A DNA stretch of 64,000 nucleotides, taken from the IMG/VR virus record IMGVR_UViG_3300031555_004297, one strand, 5' to 3'. This document shows positions 19,739 through 30,005 of this stretch, piece by piece. Both the position numbers and the translations under genes were made by a program. The stretch comes from a virus (taxonomy: Duplodnaviria > Caudoviricetes). The stretch's first letter is position 1. Every line of letters starts with the position of its first letter. The notes under the pieces are model-generated. The model was not told the origin of the DNA and searched no databases. It saw nothing but the letters and a program-made list of their open reading frames with translations.

Positions 19739-20404
19739 TTAGTTTTCGTCCTGATCAGTGATATATGCTGACATAATTTCAATGTCATGGATATCTCCTA
19801 GATTAATAACAAGTTCAGGGCTTAATAATGTAAAGTCATCTTCGCTATAGTTTTCACTAAAGTTTAAAACAACAATACTTTTGGGACCTGGATAATCATA
19901 CATTAGAGCATGTTTATAGTTTCCGACAATTACTCTATTGTATTTGGTAAGGTCCACATCTTTACGCTCCCCTGTTTCGATAGCCACACTTGGGAACTCT
20001 TGAGTTACAAACTTCTTCTGTGCTTCATTTTCGCAATACACGGCTATCTTAACAATATCACCTCTACCTATTTTACTATAAGCAGAAATAAGGGTAGTAG
20101 CATTTGTCTTGAAAGCGTATTTGCCAAGAATGCACATTTCGTAATCGGCCCAAAGAGCATTAAGGACAGATTCAGAATGTTGTTTAAATTCATCTCCTAT
20201 CATAAGAGATTTAAAAACATCATCCTTATTTTGAGTTCTAGCTAATTTCCAGTCTAGGTCGGATGTATAAAGAACTCTGTGTTTATCAAAGTTCTGTAAT
20301 GCAGTCTCCCTATACTCACCAGCTAAAAACTTGATTGTAGAAATTTCTCTATCAATAAGAGAGTAGAAATCAAATAAAACACTGTTTTGCATAGTTTCAC
20401 ACAT
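19739..20404 (-). CDS. Hypothetical protein (possibly degenerate HAD fold)
   Basis: VLFDFYSLID N-terminal motif. Confidence 0.6.
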   Translation of the reverse strand: MCETMQNSVLFDFYSLIDREISTIKFLAGEYRETALQNFDKHRVLYTSDLDWKLARTQNKDDVFKSLMIGDEFKQHSESVLNALWADYEMCILGKYAFKTNATTLISAYSKIGRGDIVKIAVYCENEAQKKFVTQEFPSVAIETGERKDVDLTKYNRVIVGNYKHALMYDYPGPKSIVVLNFSENYSEDDFTLLSPELVINLGDIHDIEIMSAYITDQDEN

Positions 20405-20461
20405 CCTTTAAAAAATAAAGAGGGTTGACCGTATTATGATCAACCCTCTGCATAATTTTGA

Positions 20462-21256
20462 TTACTCGAGGTCTTCCATGGTAGCAGAGCCGTAACTTAC
20501 TCCAGAAGAGAAGTTGGAACTACTGCTAGAATTATTTCCATTTGCGGGATTGTTGAAAAACGAATTCTTAGAATATCTATTGCCATTAGAATATGACTTA
20601 GCAGTTTCAACTCCAAGAGCCTGAGCAATTGCGTCAATCTTCTTATCTACGCGATCGAACGAGAATTTACGCTCATCCATTACCGTAAATGCAATGGCCT
20701 TAGTAGAAGCCTTTACATACTCGTCAAGTACAGTGAGCATCTCAAGAAGCTCAAGATTATCATACGCATCATACTCTCTATCGAAGTTCTTTCCATCAAA
20801 GTTTCTAAGAGAGAAATGATAATGAGTCTTAAATTCATAAGCGAAGCTACCAACAATTTCGCCATTCTCGCTAAGCTTACGAATTGTAACAAAGGGAGTA
20901 TTCTTTCCATACTCTGCACCATTAGAAATAGTAATAGCTGCAGTACCAGAAGGAACACCTACAGAATTATATGCTACAGGATCCTTCATGAACAGCTCGA
21001 TCTCGTTCTTAAGCATACGAGCCTTAGTGTGGGACAGATAGATGGTAATTCCATTGTCCATATCGAAGGATACCTCGTCGTTACCTGTCTGCTTTCTAGG
21101 ATAAATACCGATACAGAGGCTATTTTTCCAGAATCTGAAATTCAAACAAGTAGCGTCTACTTCGGATTCAGCGTTATTCATACGATAAGAGTATACAGTA
21201 ACGCCAGGGTCGTTAGACTTTGCAGTCTGATTGTTGTTGTAAGTTCCAAATGCCAT
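20462..21256 (-). CDS. Putative single-stranded DNA-binding protein
   Basis: Beta-rich core, N/S-rich linker and acidic tip (ATMEDLE); high-expression codon usage. Confidence 0.5.
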   Translation of the reverse strand: MAFGTYNNNQTAKSNDPGVTVYSYRMNNAESEVDATCLNFRFWKNSLCIGIYPRKQTGNDEVSFDMDNGITIYLSHTKARMLKNEIELFMKDPVAYNSVGVPSGTAAITISNGAEYGKNTPFVTIRKLSENGEIVGSFAYEFKTHYHFSLRNFDGKNFDREYDAYDNLELLEMLTVLDEYVKASTKAIAFTVMDERKFSFDRVDKKIDAIAQALGVETAKSYSNGNRYSKNSFFNNPANGNNSSSSSNFSSGVSYGSATMEDLE

Positions 21257-21317
21257 GATTTGTTTCTCCTTTATTATTTATAAAAATTTATTTATTTGTT
21301 TTAGATTGGTTAACTAA

Positions 21318-22793
21318 TTAAAGTGATTTGAAAACGTCAGTTACAATATCTAGCATTTTCTTTTCACTATGGTAGATTTCAAACTTTCCACCATTCTTCT
21401 TTATAATATCTCCAATAGCTTCATAAGACTTCTTAGTTTTATCATCAAGCTTACCGAATTCATCATAGATTACAAGAAATGTCTTACTATAATGAGAAGC
21501 TTCAGTAGCTTCTACAAATGAGTAAGGTCCTACATGATCTCCTACAATCACTACAAAAAGATTCAGTTTAGCATCTGCTTTAACTTCATCCTCTTTAGCA
21601 ATGCATTCTGGGGTCCAATTAGGTACAATAGGATTAAAGAGCTCGTACTCTTTCTTCTTTTTATCATCAGACTGCTTCCAAAGTTCAATAAACTGCTCTC
21701 TCCAATCTGAGTTTACAGTACCACCAAGGAAGATCTGATTTGATTTAGGTTTAAAGTTCTTTGCTGTGAAAATAAGTTCTTTAGTAGAAAATCCAGCTGC
21801 TTTAGGATGTCCTCCACCACCAAATTTTTCAGCAAATGTTTTAGCATTAAAGGAGCAATGCTCATCTGCATAAACAGAGTACTCCCACTTTCCAGATTTG
21901 CCACTATAATTGAACAGAATTGCCTGTCCATATCTAGCAAGCTCATCTGCAAAGTTCCAGCTATTGCCAGTTGCATTCTTACAGATAAACTTGGTTCCAT
22001 CAATTACATATGTAAATGTATCTTCAAGTTCTCTATCATAACGCATTCCAATATATGCTTGTACAGTCTTTCCCTTATTAACGATTTCTTCTACATATTC
22101 AACATCGGTTAGGATATCCCATACAGCATTATTAAATTTAGGGCTTTCAGTGTCTTCATCGATACAGATACTTGTATCAGTAAGTTCAGCACCAAGAATA
22201 AACTGATCGCTACGTTTGTCCATTTTCTTCCAACAATCGTAGTCATCGACAAAATAAAGCCATAACGGAATTGCAATATCATATTCATGATAAACCCCAT
22301 CAGCTTTATTCTTTTTATTTGTTTTAGAAGCCATTACTTTAATAGCGCCTTTTGCACCATAAGCAGCTTCAATAAGGTATTCTTCATCTTCTTCAATATG
22401 CCTAATCTGCTGTAATTCATTCTGAGGGCATTTGAAAAAAGAATAGACAAGTGCGGCACCACATGCGCACTTGGAAACAAAATACGTTAAGTTACTAATA
22501 GCTTGCAATTCGTCTTTATGCTTCTCAATTACGTCTAGTGATGATGCGTGATGATCAATCCATGTTACAGTTCTTGCAGTTTTACAAAGTTCAATTAGTT
22601 GATCATAAGTCGAGTGGCTAATTGAAAAGTCTACAACAAATACATCATCTTTAGCGGTATGCTTATCAAATTTGCTGTTGTAGTCCATCATGATATAATC
22701 ACTCGGATGATCTTCAATTGCTGCTGGTTTCATTGTATGAACTAACCAACCAGCTGTTTTTCCATCCATGTCATTGTGATGATAAACAATCAT
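21318..22793 (-). CDS. DHH/DHHA1 phosphoesterase fused to a nucleoside-2-deoxyribosyltransferase-like domain
   Basis: YHH.DMDG, VDFS, IDHH, D.D.W, GGGGHPKAAGF; C-terminal IFLGGT...WRE...FNPIVPNWTPEC. Confidence 0.85.
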   Translation of the reverse strand: MIVYHHNDMDGKTAGWLVHTMKPAAIEDHPSDYIMMDYNSKFDKHTAKDDVFVVDFSISHSTYDQLIELCKTARTVTWIDHHASSLDVIEKHKDELQAISNLTYFVSKCACGAALVYSFFKCPQNELQQIRHIEEDEEYLIEAAYGAKGAIKVMASKTNKKNKADGVYHEYDIAIPLWLYFVDDYDCWKKMDKRSDQFILGAELTDTSICIDEDTESPKFNNAVWDILTDVEYVEEIVNKGKTVQAYIGMRYDRELEDTFTYVIDGTKFICKNATGNSWNFADELARYGQAILFNYSGKSGKWEYSVYADEHCSFNAKTFAEKFGGGGHPKAAGFSTKELIFTAKNFKPKSNQIFLGGTVNSDWREQFIELWKQSDDKKKKEYELFNPIVPNWTPECIAKEDEVKADAKLNLFVVIVGDHVGPYSFVEATEASHYSKTFLVIYDEFGKLDDKTKKSYEAIGDIIKKNGGKFEIYHSEKKMLDIVTDVFKSL

Positions 22794-22898
22794 AATTTTC
22801 CTCCATTTTAATATCTCATAGATAATATATGATTATTTTGTAGTTACTTCTCTATTAAAATATTACTTGAACTTAATAATAAAATAGGAGGGAATGAT

Positions 22899-23279
22899 AT
22901 GAATGATATTATAAATTTCTATGATAAAATGGATTTAAAATATCCTGAAATAGGAATAGCTATACAGGATATAGATAGAAGAAATCCAGGAATGGTAAAG
23001 TTTATTATTCCTATTCTAACGCCGAATCTAGATAGCTCTAAAGCATTTAATAAGACTATCTATCAGAATAAAAATAATTTAAAGAATAAAGCTATTGCAT
23101 TTGATATCAAAAATATATCTCTTACAAATTATGTCATCATTCCTATGCCTAAGGAAGTTTGTATGTCATATGATATGGAAGAAGATCCTATTATTCCATC
23201 TGGCTCTAAATGGATCTTATCTTTCATTGGTGGAGATATAACAAAACCAAGGCCTATTGCTAGATATCTTGAAATGTAA
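22899..23279 (+). CDS. Putative baseplate spike/hub OB-fold protein (gp5 N-terminal-like)
   Basis: G.VKF.IP.L and IPSGSKWILSFIGGDITKP; late promoter AACT-TAATAA-TA. Confidence 0.55.
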   Translation: MNDIINFYDKMDLKYPEIGIAIQDIDRRNPGMVKFIIPILTPNLDSSKAFNKTIYQNKNNLKNKAIAFDIKNISLTNYVIIPMPKEVCMSYDMEEDPIIPSGSKWILSFIGGDITKPRPIARYLEM

Positions 23280-23437
23280 ACAAATCGAATACAGCTGGAG
23301 AACGCGCTCCAGCTGTATTCTTTTTTGCGGTAAAATAATTTACGGAGGAGAAATCAACAACAATGAAAAGAAAACCATCACGTCTCACCACATGGAGGTT
23401 CAGAAATTATGACAAAGGCAGTAAGTTCATCATAATT
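23280..23437 (-). ncRNA. Candidate late sRNA with two anti-Shine-Dalgarno/anti-start modules
   Basis: AACA-ATAAAT-TA promoter at 23448-23437; 5' hairpin; two CCUCC motifs; terminator hairpin at 23288-23320. Confidence 0.5.
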
Positions 23438-23446
23438 AATTTATTG

Positions 23447-24631
23447 TTAATATCTATTCTCCACAATGTCGGGATAACTTACGAAAAGTCCGTAAGATTT
23501 ATGCTTGTAAACAACTGTAGAAGAAAGTTTATCGCGAAGAGCAACAAACTTATCATATGCAGTATTCCACTTGCCAAGCTCGAACTCATCACAGTTCTGA
23601 GAGTTACGATATTCGTCACAAATAGAAATATTGCTATTGATCTGCCTCATAAGGTAAAGAGCATCATCTTCATCTTCTACATTCTTAACCTGCATTGCAA
23701 GTTCATAATAAGCAGAATCGATCATCTTAAGGTTCTTCATTCTCATTTTTCTAAGAATCTTCTGTCCCACAGATTCCTTACCAGCCGATTCGCTAAATAT
23801 CATATCATCATCGATTCTCTGAATACGACGATATACATTACCAATCTCAAGCTTTTCAAGTCTAGAGCCGGTCATTGCCTTCATATCAGCAAGAGTCTTC
23901 ATAGCTCCAATACGCTGAAGCTTGATCTGGCGGTATAGACTAAGAGTCCAGCTAAAGATAATAAACTTGCTAGTCTCGCTATTCTCATAAAGCTTCATAT
24001 TGCCATTATTGATCTTTCTATATGCATCTACGAGATCTTCTTCCATTCCATATGCATTAATAAATTCATCATTGTAAATCTCAGCAACATCGGAAGTATA
24101 GAAGATAGAATCACACTTAGAAAGATAATCTTTCAGTCCATATGCAAGAATCTCTTTATAATGGATAGACTGGGATACACGAATATGATCTTTATTGTTA
24201 GCCAGATAGATATTGAGGGCATTGCGAGCATTCTCGATAGGAGTAGAATCTCCAGTAAGATGATTAACTTCTCTAAGAAGAAGCGCTGTAAGTCCTCTTA
24301 CAGAAATATCGGTAACAGGATCGAAGAGTTTAGAATCAAACTCGACAAGATAGCTGCTAATACGATACTTCTCTTCATCATTGGCCAAATATCCATAAAT
24401 TTCATCAGCATCAATCATAGGAATAATCTTAATGCCGAAATACATATTGTCATTATTTGTTGTATATAGAACCTCTTTACACTCAGAATCTGTAAAGAAA
24501 CGATTTAATTCATTCTTTAAAGATCTAAGATCTTCAGGCTCCACAGAAGTAGTCTGATCTTTCATTCTAGCAAATACAGAATGAAAGACAGAAAAGTCGT
24601 ACATAATTTCGCTCATGTTTATATCCTCCAT
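23447..24631 (-). CDS. Probable head protein with degenerate zincin motif
   Basis: LLLREVNHL in place of HExxH; FSESA site; late promoter; next to major capsid gene. Confidence 0.6.
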   Translation of the reverse strand: MEDINMSEIMYDFSVFHSVFARMKDQTTSVEPEDLRSLKNELNRFFTDSECKEVLYTTNNDNMYFGIKIIPMIDADEIYGYLANDEEKYRISSYLVEFDSKLFDPVTDISVRGLTALLLREVNHLTGDSTPIENARNALNIYLANNKDHIRVSQSIHYKEILAYGLKDYLSKCDSIFYTSDVAEIYNDEFINAYGMEEDLVDAYRKINNGNMKLYENSETSKFIIFSWTLSLYRQIKLQRIGAMKTLADMKAMTGSRLEKLEIGNVYRRIQRIDDDMIFSESAGKESVGQKILRKMRMKNLKMIDSAYYELAMQVKNVEDEDDALYLMRQINSNISICDEYRNSQNCDEFELGKWNTAYDKFVALRDKLSSTVVYKHKSYGLFVSYPDIVENRY

Positions 24632-24694
24632 TTGATTTATAGAGTATCTGATCTTTAATCAATTATTTAATAGTTGACTCAAGCAAATAACAAA

Positions 24695-24720
24695 AGGAAG
24701 AGAGCCGAAGCTCTCTTCCT
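24695..24720 (-). terminator. Terminator after the major capsid gene
   Basis: GGAAGAGAGC-TTCG-GCTCTCTTCC followed by TTTT on the minus strand. Confidence 0.85.
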
Positions 24721-24760
24721 AGTGTTTTATGATATATTCAGACTACAGGAGGTGTCAGAA

Positions 24761-26548
24761 TTACTTCATAAGGTTAAAGTCGCTCATGTAACGGCCACCA
24801 ATGGGATCAGTGTTGGGAGCGATATCAGTGAGACCAGTGGGGTTAAGGATCTGGATACGACCCTGAACAGGCTGATACTCAACGAACTGCCAACGCTCGA
24901 ACGCATGGATAGCGGGAAGAGCGGGATTAGCCATGTTACGGATCTCGTTCGATACATACATCTGGTAATCGTAGATTCTATATACGATACGGTCAGTATT
25001 TCTGGGGCAAAGAACGATAATCAGATTGGGATTTCCACGGAGCTTATCAGATGCGATAAACTGGTATACTCTCTTATCGGACGTAACAACAGTCTTAACG
25101 AAATCGAGCTCAACAGGACCGATGTTGGAGGGAGTCTGGTAGGTATACTCAGTAGGAGTAATCTTACGAACCAGATCAGGAGATCCAAAGATAGATACGG
25201 TCATGTTAGGATCGTTAAGAACCTGGAAGAGACCCGTGGTAACGGAATCCAGGTAATCCATGAACGTCTTATGTCTCCACTCAACGTGATCAAGAGCATA
25301 GCTTCCACGAGGAGCGAAGTCGAACGTGGTTGCGAACTTGCAATCATCGGGCATAGTCTTGAAGGAATCATCAAGCTTAGTCTTGATAGAGGTATCCTTG
25401 TACTCGCCGAGAACAGTCTTCATGAGCGAGAGGATCTTGGACAACTGATTTACATTGTAAAGAGCAGAGATGTCCTTAACTTCCTCAGGAGATACAGTGG
25501 TGTTGATGGGGTTAGCGCTGGGGATCTCAACGATATCAGTGCGAACCTTCCAACGAACGCTGCAGGTCTTAACCATAGCGGAAGAAGTATCAATACGAGC
25601 GCTAAGGCGAACGTCGGATACAAGGCCGCTGGTTCCATTAATAGCAAACTTATTGTTCTTCATGTATCCAGTGAGGACATCCTTAAGAACAACAGTCTTA
25701 GTGGGATCTGTTGCATCCTTAGAGTTTACAACAACCTCATCAGCAAGAACACGGTCGATCTCGCCGTAGGAAGGAGTAAACTTGATTCTTACAGGCATCC
25801 AGAAGCTGTACTCGCCATCTGCATCGACAGCAGCACCGGTCTCGGGGTTGATATCACCAGCCTGGAGATATACACCGTTAACCTTAACAGCGGAGATGTA
25901 AGTATCGATCGAGAGGTTATCCTCCTCAGTTGCACCGATAGTTGCAAGAACATCGGTAGCGCCTTCCATCTGAGGAAGAGTCATATCGATAGAAGTAAAG
26001 GGTGCAGTAGAAGCGATTGCATCGTGAATCTTATACTGCTCCTTGAACATATCGATCTCTTCACCAGCGGGAGTAACGAGAATTCTCTTCTCCATAGACA
26101 TGGTGAACTTAGGCTCACGTGCAACGAACTTGGGAATAGCACCCTTGTCGAAGACGTTGTTCATCATGATATTCTTATGAAGCGGGAAGGTCATGCCGAT
26201 TACAGGGTTCATGGAGCCCATGTAAGCGTGCTCGAGCACTGCCTCTTTATCATTCTCGAACTGTGCTACAGCCATGTCCTCAGCGTCCTCGCACAATGCT
26301 GCTGCATGTGCAGGATCAACCTTATCGAACTCGGCCGTATCAAAGGAATTCTCAACATAGAAGTTTTTCAGGGCATTGCAAGCAGAACCGATCTGAAGTG
26401 CCTTGAAGGGCTCAGTATACAGATCTACGCCTTCTGCAAGAATGCTGTTAGCGCATTCCTGGAAGCTCTTAGCAAAAGAGTAGATAGAATCTCTCTCATA
26501 GCCTCTGCCCAGGGTTGCGGTATTTTTGCGATTACCAACAATAGGCAT
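24761..26548 (-). CDS. Major capsid protein
   Basis: 595 aa with the strongest codon bias in the window, own late promoter and terminator, acidic propeptide ending VLE/H, head-gene context. Confidence 0.75.
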   Translation of the reverse strand: MPIVGNRKNTATLGRGYERDSIYSFAKSFQECANSILAEGVDLYTEPFKALQIGSACNALKNFYVENSFDTAEFDKVDPAHAAALCEDAEDMAVAQFENDKEAVLEHAYMGSMNPVIGMTFPLHKNIMMNNVFDKGAIPKFVAREPKFTMSMEKRILVTPAGEEIDMFKEQYKIHDAIASTAPFTSIDMTLPQMEGATDVLATIGATEEDNLSIDTYISAVKVNGVYLQAGDINPETGAAVDADGEYSFWMPVRIKFTPSYGEIDRVLADEVVVNSKDATDPTKTVVLKDVLTGYMKNNKFAINGTSGLVSDVRLSARIDTSSAMVKTCSVRWKVRTDIVEIPSANPINTTVSPEEVKDISALYNVNQLSKILSLMKTVLGEYKDTSIKTKLDDSFKTMPDDCKFATTFDFAPRGSYALDHVEWRHKTFMDYLDSVTTGLFQVLNDPNMTVSIFGSPDLVRKITPTEYTYQTPSNIGPVELDFVKTVVTSDKRVYQFIASDKLRGNPNLIIVLCPRNTDRIVYRIYDYQMYVSNEIRNMANPALPAIHAFERWQFVEYQPVQGRIQILNPTGLTDIAPNTDPIGGRYMSDFNLMK

Positions 26549-26662
26549 ATTAAATGCTCCTTTCTATTAAGCTTAATAAAATTGCGTTATGAAATATGCC
26601 GCGCAATGCGAACAATATTTTTACCATGATGTTATTATTCTTCAAAACCTAAGAAGGTGTAA

Positions 26663-27352
26663 TTATTCACCTTTTTTGTTCATTTCTTCAAGAATATCGT
26701 TAATTCCATTCAAAACTGCAAGAAATTTGTTGTAATTAACAAGGTTCTCTATATATGACTTAGTTTTATATACAGAATTTATATAATCGGTTAGCATATC
26801 TCTGAGATTTGAGAGGGTATTAGATACATATTTAATGATCTCAAAATTTTCCTCTGCTACAGCTACATCGCCAATCCGATCTATAACTGAAGTTGTGGTA
26901 TCAAACATCTCGAGGTATCTATTCTTAAGCTCTTTATGCTTGATATCAAGTTGTTCGGGAGTAAGATTTTCATAAAGATCCTCTTCCTCCTCCTTATGTT
27001 CGTCAACCTCTGAAGGCTGTTGGGGGTCATTTATTGGTGCACCACCAGCACCTTGTGGAGCTCCCCCATCTTCTGGTGGAACTTCCTGTGCTTCTCGATC
27101 GGCATCCATCTGAGTATAATCTACGGGCGGTTCTTCACCACCTTCTCCTTCAGCCGGAGTCTGTTCTTCACCCTGAGCGGGCTGTTCTTCAGTAGCATTG
27201 GTATCATCGACAGGCTGTTCAGCCTGTGTTGCAGATGCTTGATCCTCTGCTGTATAATCAGGAGTCTGTTCTTCTTCCCCAGGTTGGCCGTCGATTTCTG
27301 CTTCTCTAACAGGTTTAACCAAGGGTTTATAATTTGTGAAAAAGAAACCCAT
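26663..27352 (-). CDS. Acidic scaffold/prohead-core-like protein
   Basis: VREA site, E/P/Q/G-rich disordered region, helical C-terminus; directly upstream of the capsid gene. Confidence 0.55.
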   Translation of the reverse strand: MGFFFTNYKPLVKPVREAEIDGQPGEEEQTPDYTAEDQASATQAEQPVDDTNATEEQPAQGEEQTPAEGEGGEEPPVDYTQMDADREAQEVPPEDGGAPQGAGGAPINDPQQPSEVDEHKEEEEDLYENLTPEQLDIKHKELKNRYLEMFDTTTSVIDRIGDVAVAEENFEIIKYVSNTLSNLRDMLTDYINSVYKTKSYIENLVNYNKFLAVLNGINDILEEMNKKGE

Positions 27353-27447
27353 ACTCTGCCTCCTTTTTCTATTTTAATTTAATCTAATGTTGAGCAAATA
27401 CAAAAGGAAGGATCACTAGGATCCTTCCTTTAATTTATTATTCAGTT

Positions 27448-29886
27448 TTAATCTTGGTCCTTTGGAGCATCATAGTATTTCTGTCCGAGATCTACTTTCA
27501 TTTTATATTTAATTCTTTGAAGCTGTCTTTCAAGATTTCTCTTTGTCATAAGAAGCTGTTTTAGTGCCTTCATATCATTCTTCTGCTCAGCAATCTGAAT
27601 GTATTTATCGCACATCTTCATTTCAATCTCAATTTCATCGATAACCATCTGACGCTCTTTAGACTTAAACTTAGCAGAAACTCCAAGATAACCAAGAGTT
27701 CCAATTACTGCAATAGCAGGATGGATGAAGAACGAAAGTCCAGCATTAACGATAGCCATTTTAATAACTTTAGAAGCAGACGGGAGAATTCTTCCTTTAA
27801 TAATAGCTTCTCTATTATCATTAGTAAGAGCATCCTCTACACCTTTCTTCATATTATTAACACTAAGGTCAATAGTCTGAGACATTTGTCTATCCTTATC
27901 TTTAAGTCCAGTCATTGCTTTTCTCAATTTCATAGAAGCTAATTTCAATGTATTAGAAATAGAAGCCTCCATAAGAGGAGAAGTTTCATTAGCATTGACT
28001 GTACTAAGGAGTTGAATTCCTTGAATTGCTTCACAAATAGAATCCATTTCCATCTTTCCTTGGAATACTGTCATAGCAGAGCTTTCATCATCAGGTCTAA
28101 TCTGTTCAAGAATATTAAGAGCAGAGTGGATAGAGCTAATTCTTACAGATCTTGCTACAGTGCTCTCAAGAGTAATTTTATTTTTTCTAATATTAGAAAG
28201 CACAGACTCGAGAGATATTTTCATGATATCTTTATGGAAATCCTGAGGATATTTTGCACCAAGATAAGCAAGATCAAGCATTGCATCATTATCCGCGTTC
28301 TCCATAATTGAGAATATCATATCTTCAGTAATAGGATTAGAGTTATAAGCTCTTAATACATCTTCAAGAACAGATCCGATATGGGTGGTTGCTTTGCAGA
28401 TGTCTGCAAATTCATTAAATTCTCCAAAATCAAAATCATCAAGAAGATCATCATCTAATCCATTGGTATCTATGTCACTTGTATCGAGATCATCATCTGA
28501 TCCGATATTGTCATACATCTGATCCTGCTCTTCATCTGTGAGAAGTTCAGAATGGTACATATCTAGTTTAACAAGAGCTTTCTCAAGAGCATCTTTATAC
28601 TTCTCGAGTTTCTCTTTTTCATCCTTATCATTAGTAGAACTAATTTTCTTTTCGGTTGCTTTAATTTCGTGCTCAAAGCATTTAATCATCTTAGCAACTT
28701 CTTTGCGTTCTACATGCAGCGAGATAAATTTATCAGCAATAAATCCAACAGCTGCAACTACAGGTCCAATAAACGGAATAGCTACACTGCCAACAATGAA
28801 GAAGGATCTAAGCCACTTGAGTAGATTAGGTGTCTCCTCAATAATATTTGTCACATTGTTAGAATATAGCTTAGTAATCAACCCTTTAAGCTTGTTCTCG
28901 GGTTTGTCTGTCTTAGCAAGTTCTTCCTCTTTGAACTTGTTGAAAATATCTTCGAACTCTTTACTTTCTTTAACAGGAATGCTAATATTATTATCACCAT
29001 AATGCCTTTGGAGCAACTGATCGATAGGCTCTTCGGTCTGTTCTGGTTCGTCTTCCATGAGAATATCGATGTTGCCCATATCCTCATTTTTATCAAAGAA
29101 TAAAGTAGCCTCGAGAATTTCTTTACATGACTCACGTCCATCCGGCTTGAACAAGAAATAGTCGATAGCAGTTTCAAGAAGTTCAGACTTCTTGTAATCT
29201 ATATTATTGGATTCAAATCCATAAAATGCGGTTTCAATGACAGTATTGAACTTAACGGCCGTAGGCATTTGATAAGTATCAATTCTATTACAAAGTTCAA
29301 CAACGGTATCGCTGACACCGTTAACTCTTGTATTTTCATTGATCAGCACTTCGAGATTGAATCTCTTGGAAACTCTATTATAATTTTCAATAACTCTATC
29401 GCAATTAGCATAAATAATAGCTGCTTCGAGCATCTTAGTATATGCTTCTACCATTGCCTGATCCTTTTCTTGATCTTGAGGAATAGGAGCTTGGGGCTTA
29501 TCGGCTACAGGATGAGGCTGTACCGGAGGAGCAATAATATGCGGTTGCAGCTTATGCTGAGCAACCGTTAATCTCCTTTTAAGCAATGTTTGAGTGTGTT
29601 TTGCATCTCTAACTTTTCCGATGCCTTCATTAGCAATAAATAATCCAACTTTAGAAATTTCAGATACATTGGCTTTTTCAGAAAATGCCTGATACATATC
29701 TAAAATCTGATATAGATTTACCTCATTACAGCTTGTGATCTTAGTTTCAATCATTCTTTTCAGATCAGCAGTTCTCATTGATTTCATTCCCCGCCAATCT
29801 AAATTATGTTGTTCTCTAAATGAGCTGGTTGGCGCAGTAAGATTTTGCATTCTTTTACGAATATCGCTCATTAAAACTTGTCTCAT
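27448..29886 (-). CDS. Large head/internal virion protein with two hydrophobic-hairpin + coiled-coil repeats
   Basis: Multiple xxE-A/S sites, acidic linkers, late promoter AACT-TATAAT-TA. Confidence 0.6.
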   Translation of the reverse strand: MRQVLMSDIRKRMQNLTAPTSSFREQHNLDWRGMKSMRTADLKRMIETKITSCNEVNLYQILDMYQAFSEKANVSEISKVGLFIANEGIGKVRDAKHTQTLLKRRLTVAQHKLQPHIIAPPVQPHPVADKPQAPIPQDQEKDQAMVEAYTKMLEAAIIYANCDRVIENYNRVSKRFNLEVLINENTRVNGVSDTVVELCNRIDTYQMPTAVKFNTVIETAFYGFESNNIDYKKSELLETAIDYFLFKPDGRESCKEILEATLFFDKNEDMGNIDILMEDEPEQTEEPIDQLLQRHYGDNNISIPVKESKEFEDIFNKFKEEELAKTDKPENKLKGLITKLYSNNVTNIIEETPNLLKWLRSFFIVGSVAIPFIGPVVAAVGFIADKFISLHVERKEVAKMIKCFEHEIKATEKKISSTNDKDEKEKLEKYKDALEKALVKLDMYHSELLTDEEQDQMYDNIGSDDDLDTSDIDTNGLDDDLLDDFDFGEFNEFADICKATTHIGSVLEDVLRAYNSNPITEDMIFSIMENADNDAMLDLAYLGAKYPQDFHKDIMKISLESVLSNIRKNKITLESTVARSVRISSIHSALNILEQIRPDDESSAMTVFQGKMEMDSICEAIQGIQLLSTVNANETSPLMEASISNTLKLASMKLRKAMTGLKDKDRQMSQTIDLSVNNMKKGVEDALTNDNREAIIKGRILPSASKVIKMAIVNAGLSFFIHPAIAVIGTLGYLGVSAKFKSKERQMVIDEIEIEMKMCDKYIQIAEQKNDMKALKQLLMTKRNLERQLQRIKYKMKVDLGQKYYDAPKDQD

Positions 29887-30005
29887 TGATGCCGCCTCCC
29901 TAATTTAATTTAATTATAAGTTAGCGCCTAAGTAGATCAAAATAGATTGAGTTACAAAAAAAATAAAGATGGGCAGGACTTAGGGCCCTGCCCATAATCT
30001 ACCGA

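Noticed and set aside
23363-23938. 191-aa plus-strand ORF with a strong SD
   Set aside because: Starts just after a plus-strand terminator and runs antisense to a real gene; not protein-like
24674-26629. 651-aa plus-strand ORF opposite the major capsid gene
   Set aside because: Antisense shadow caused by strong codon bias; no SD and unnatural composition
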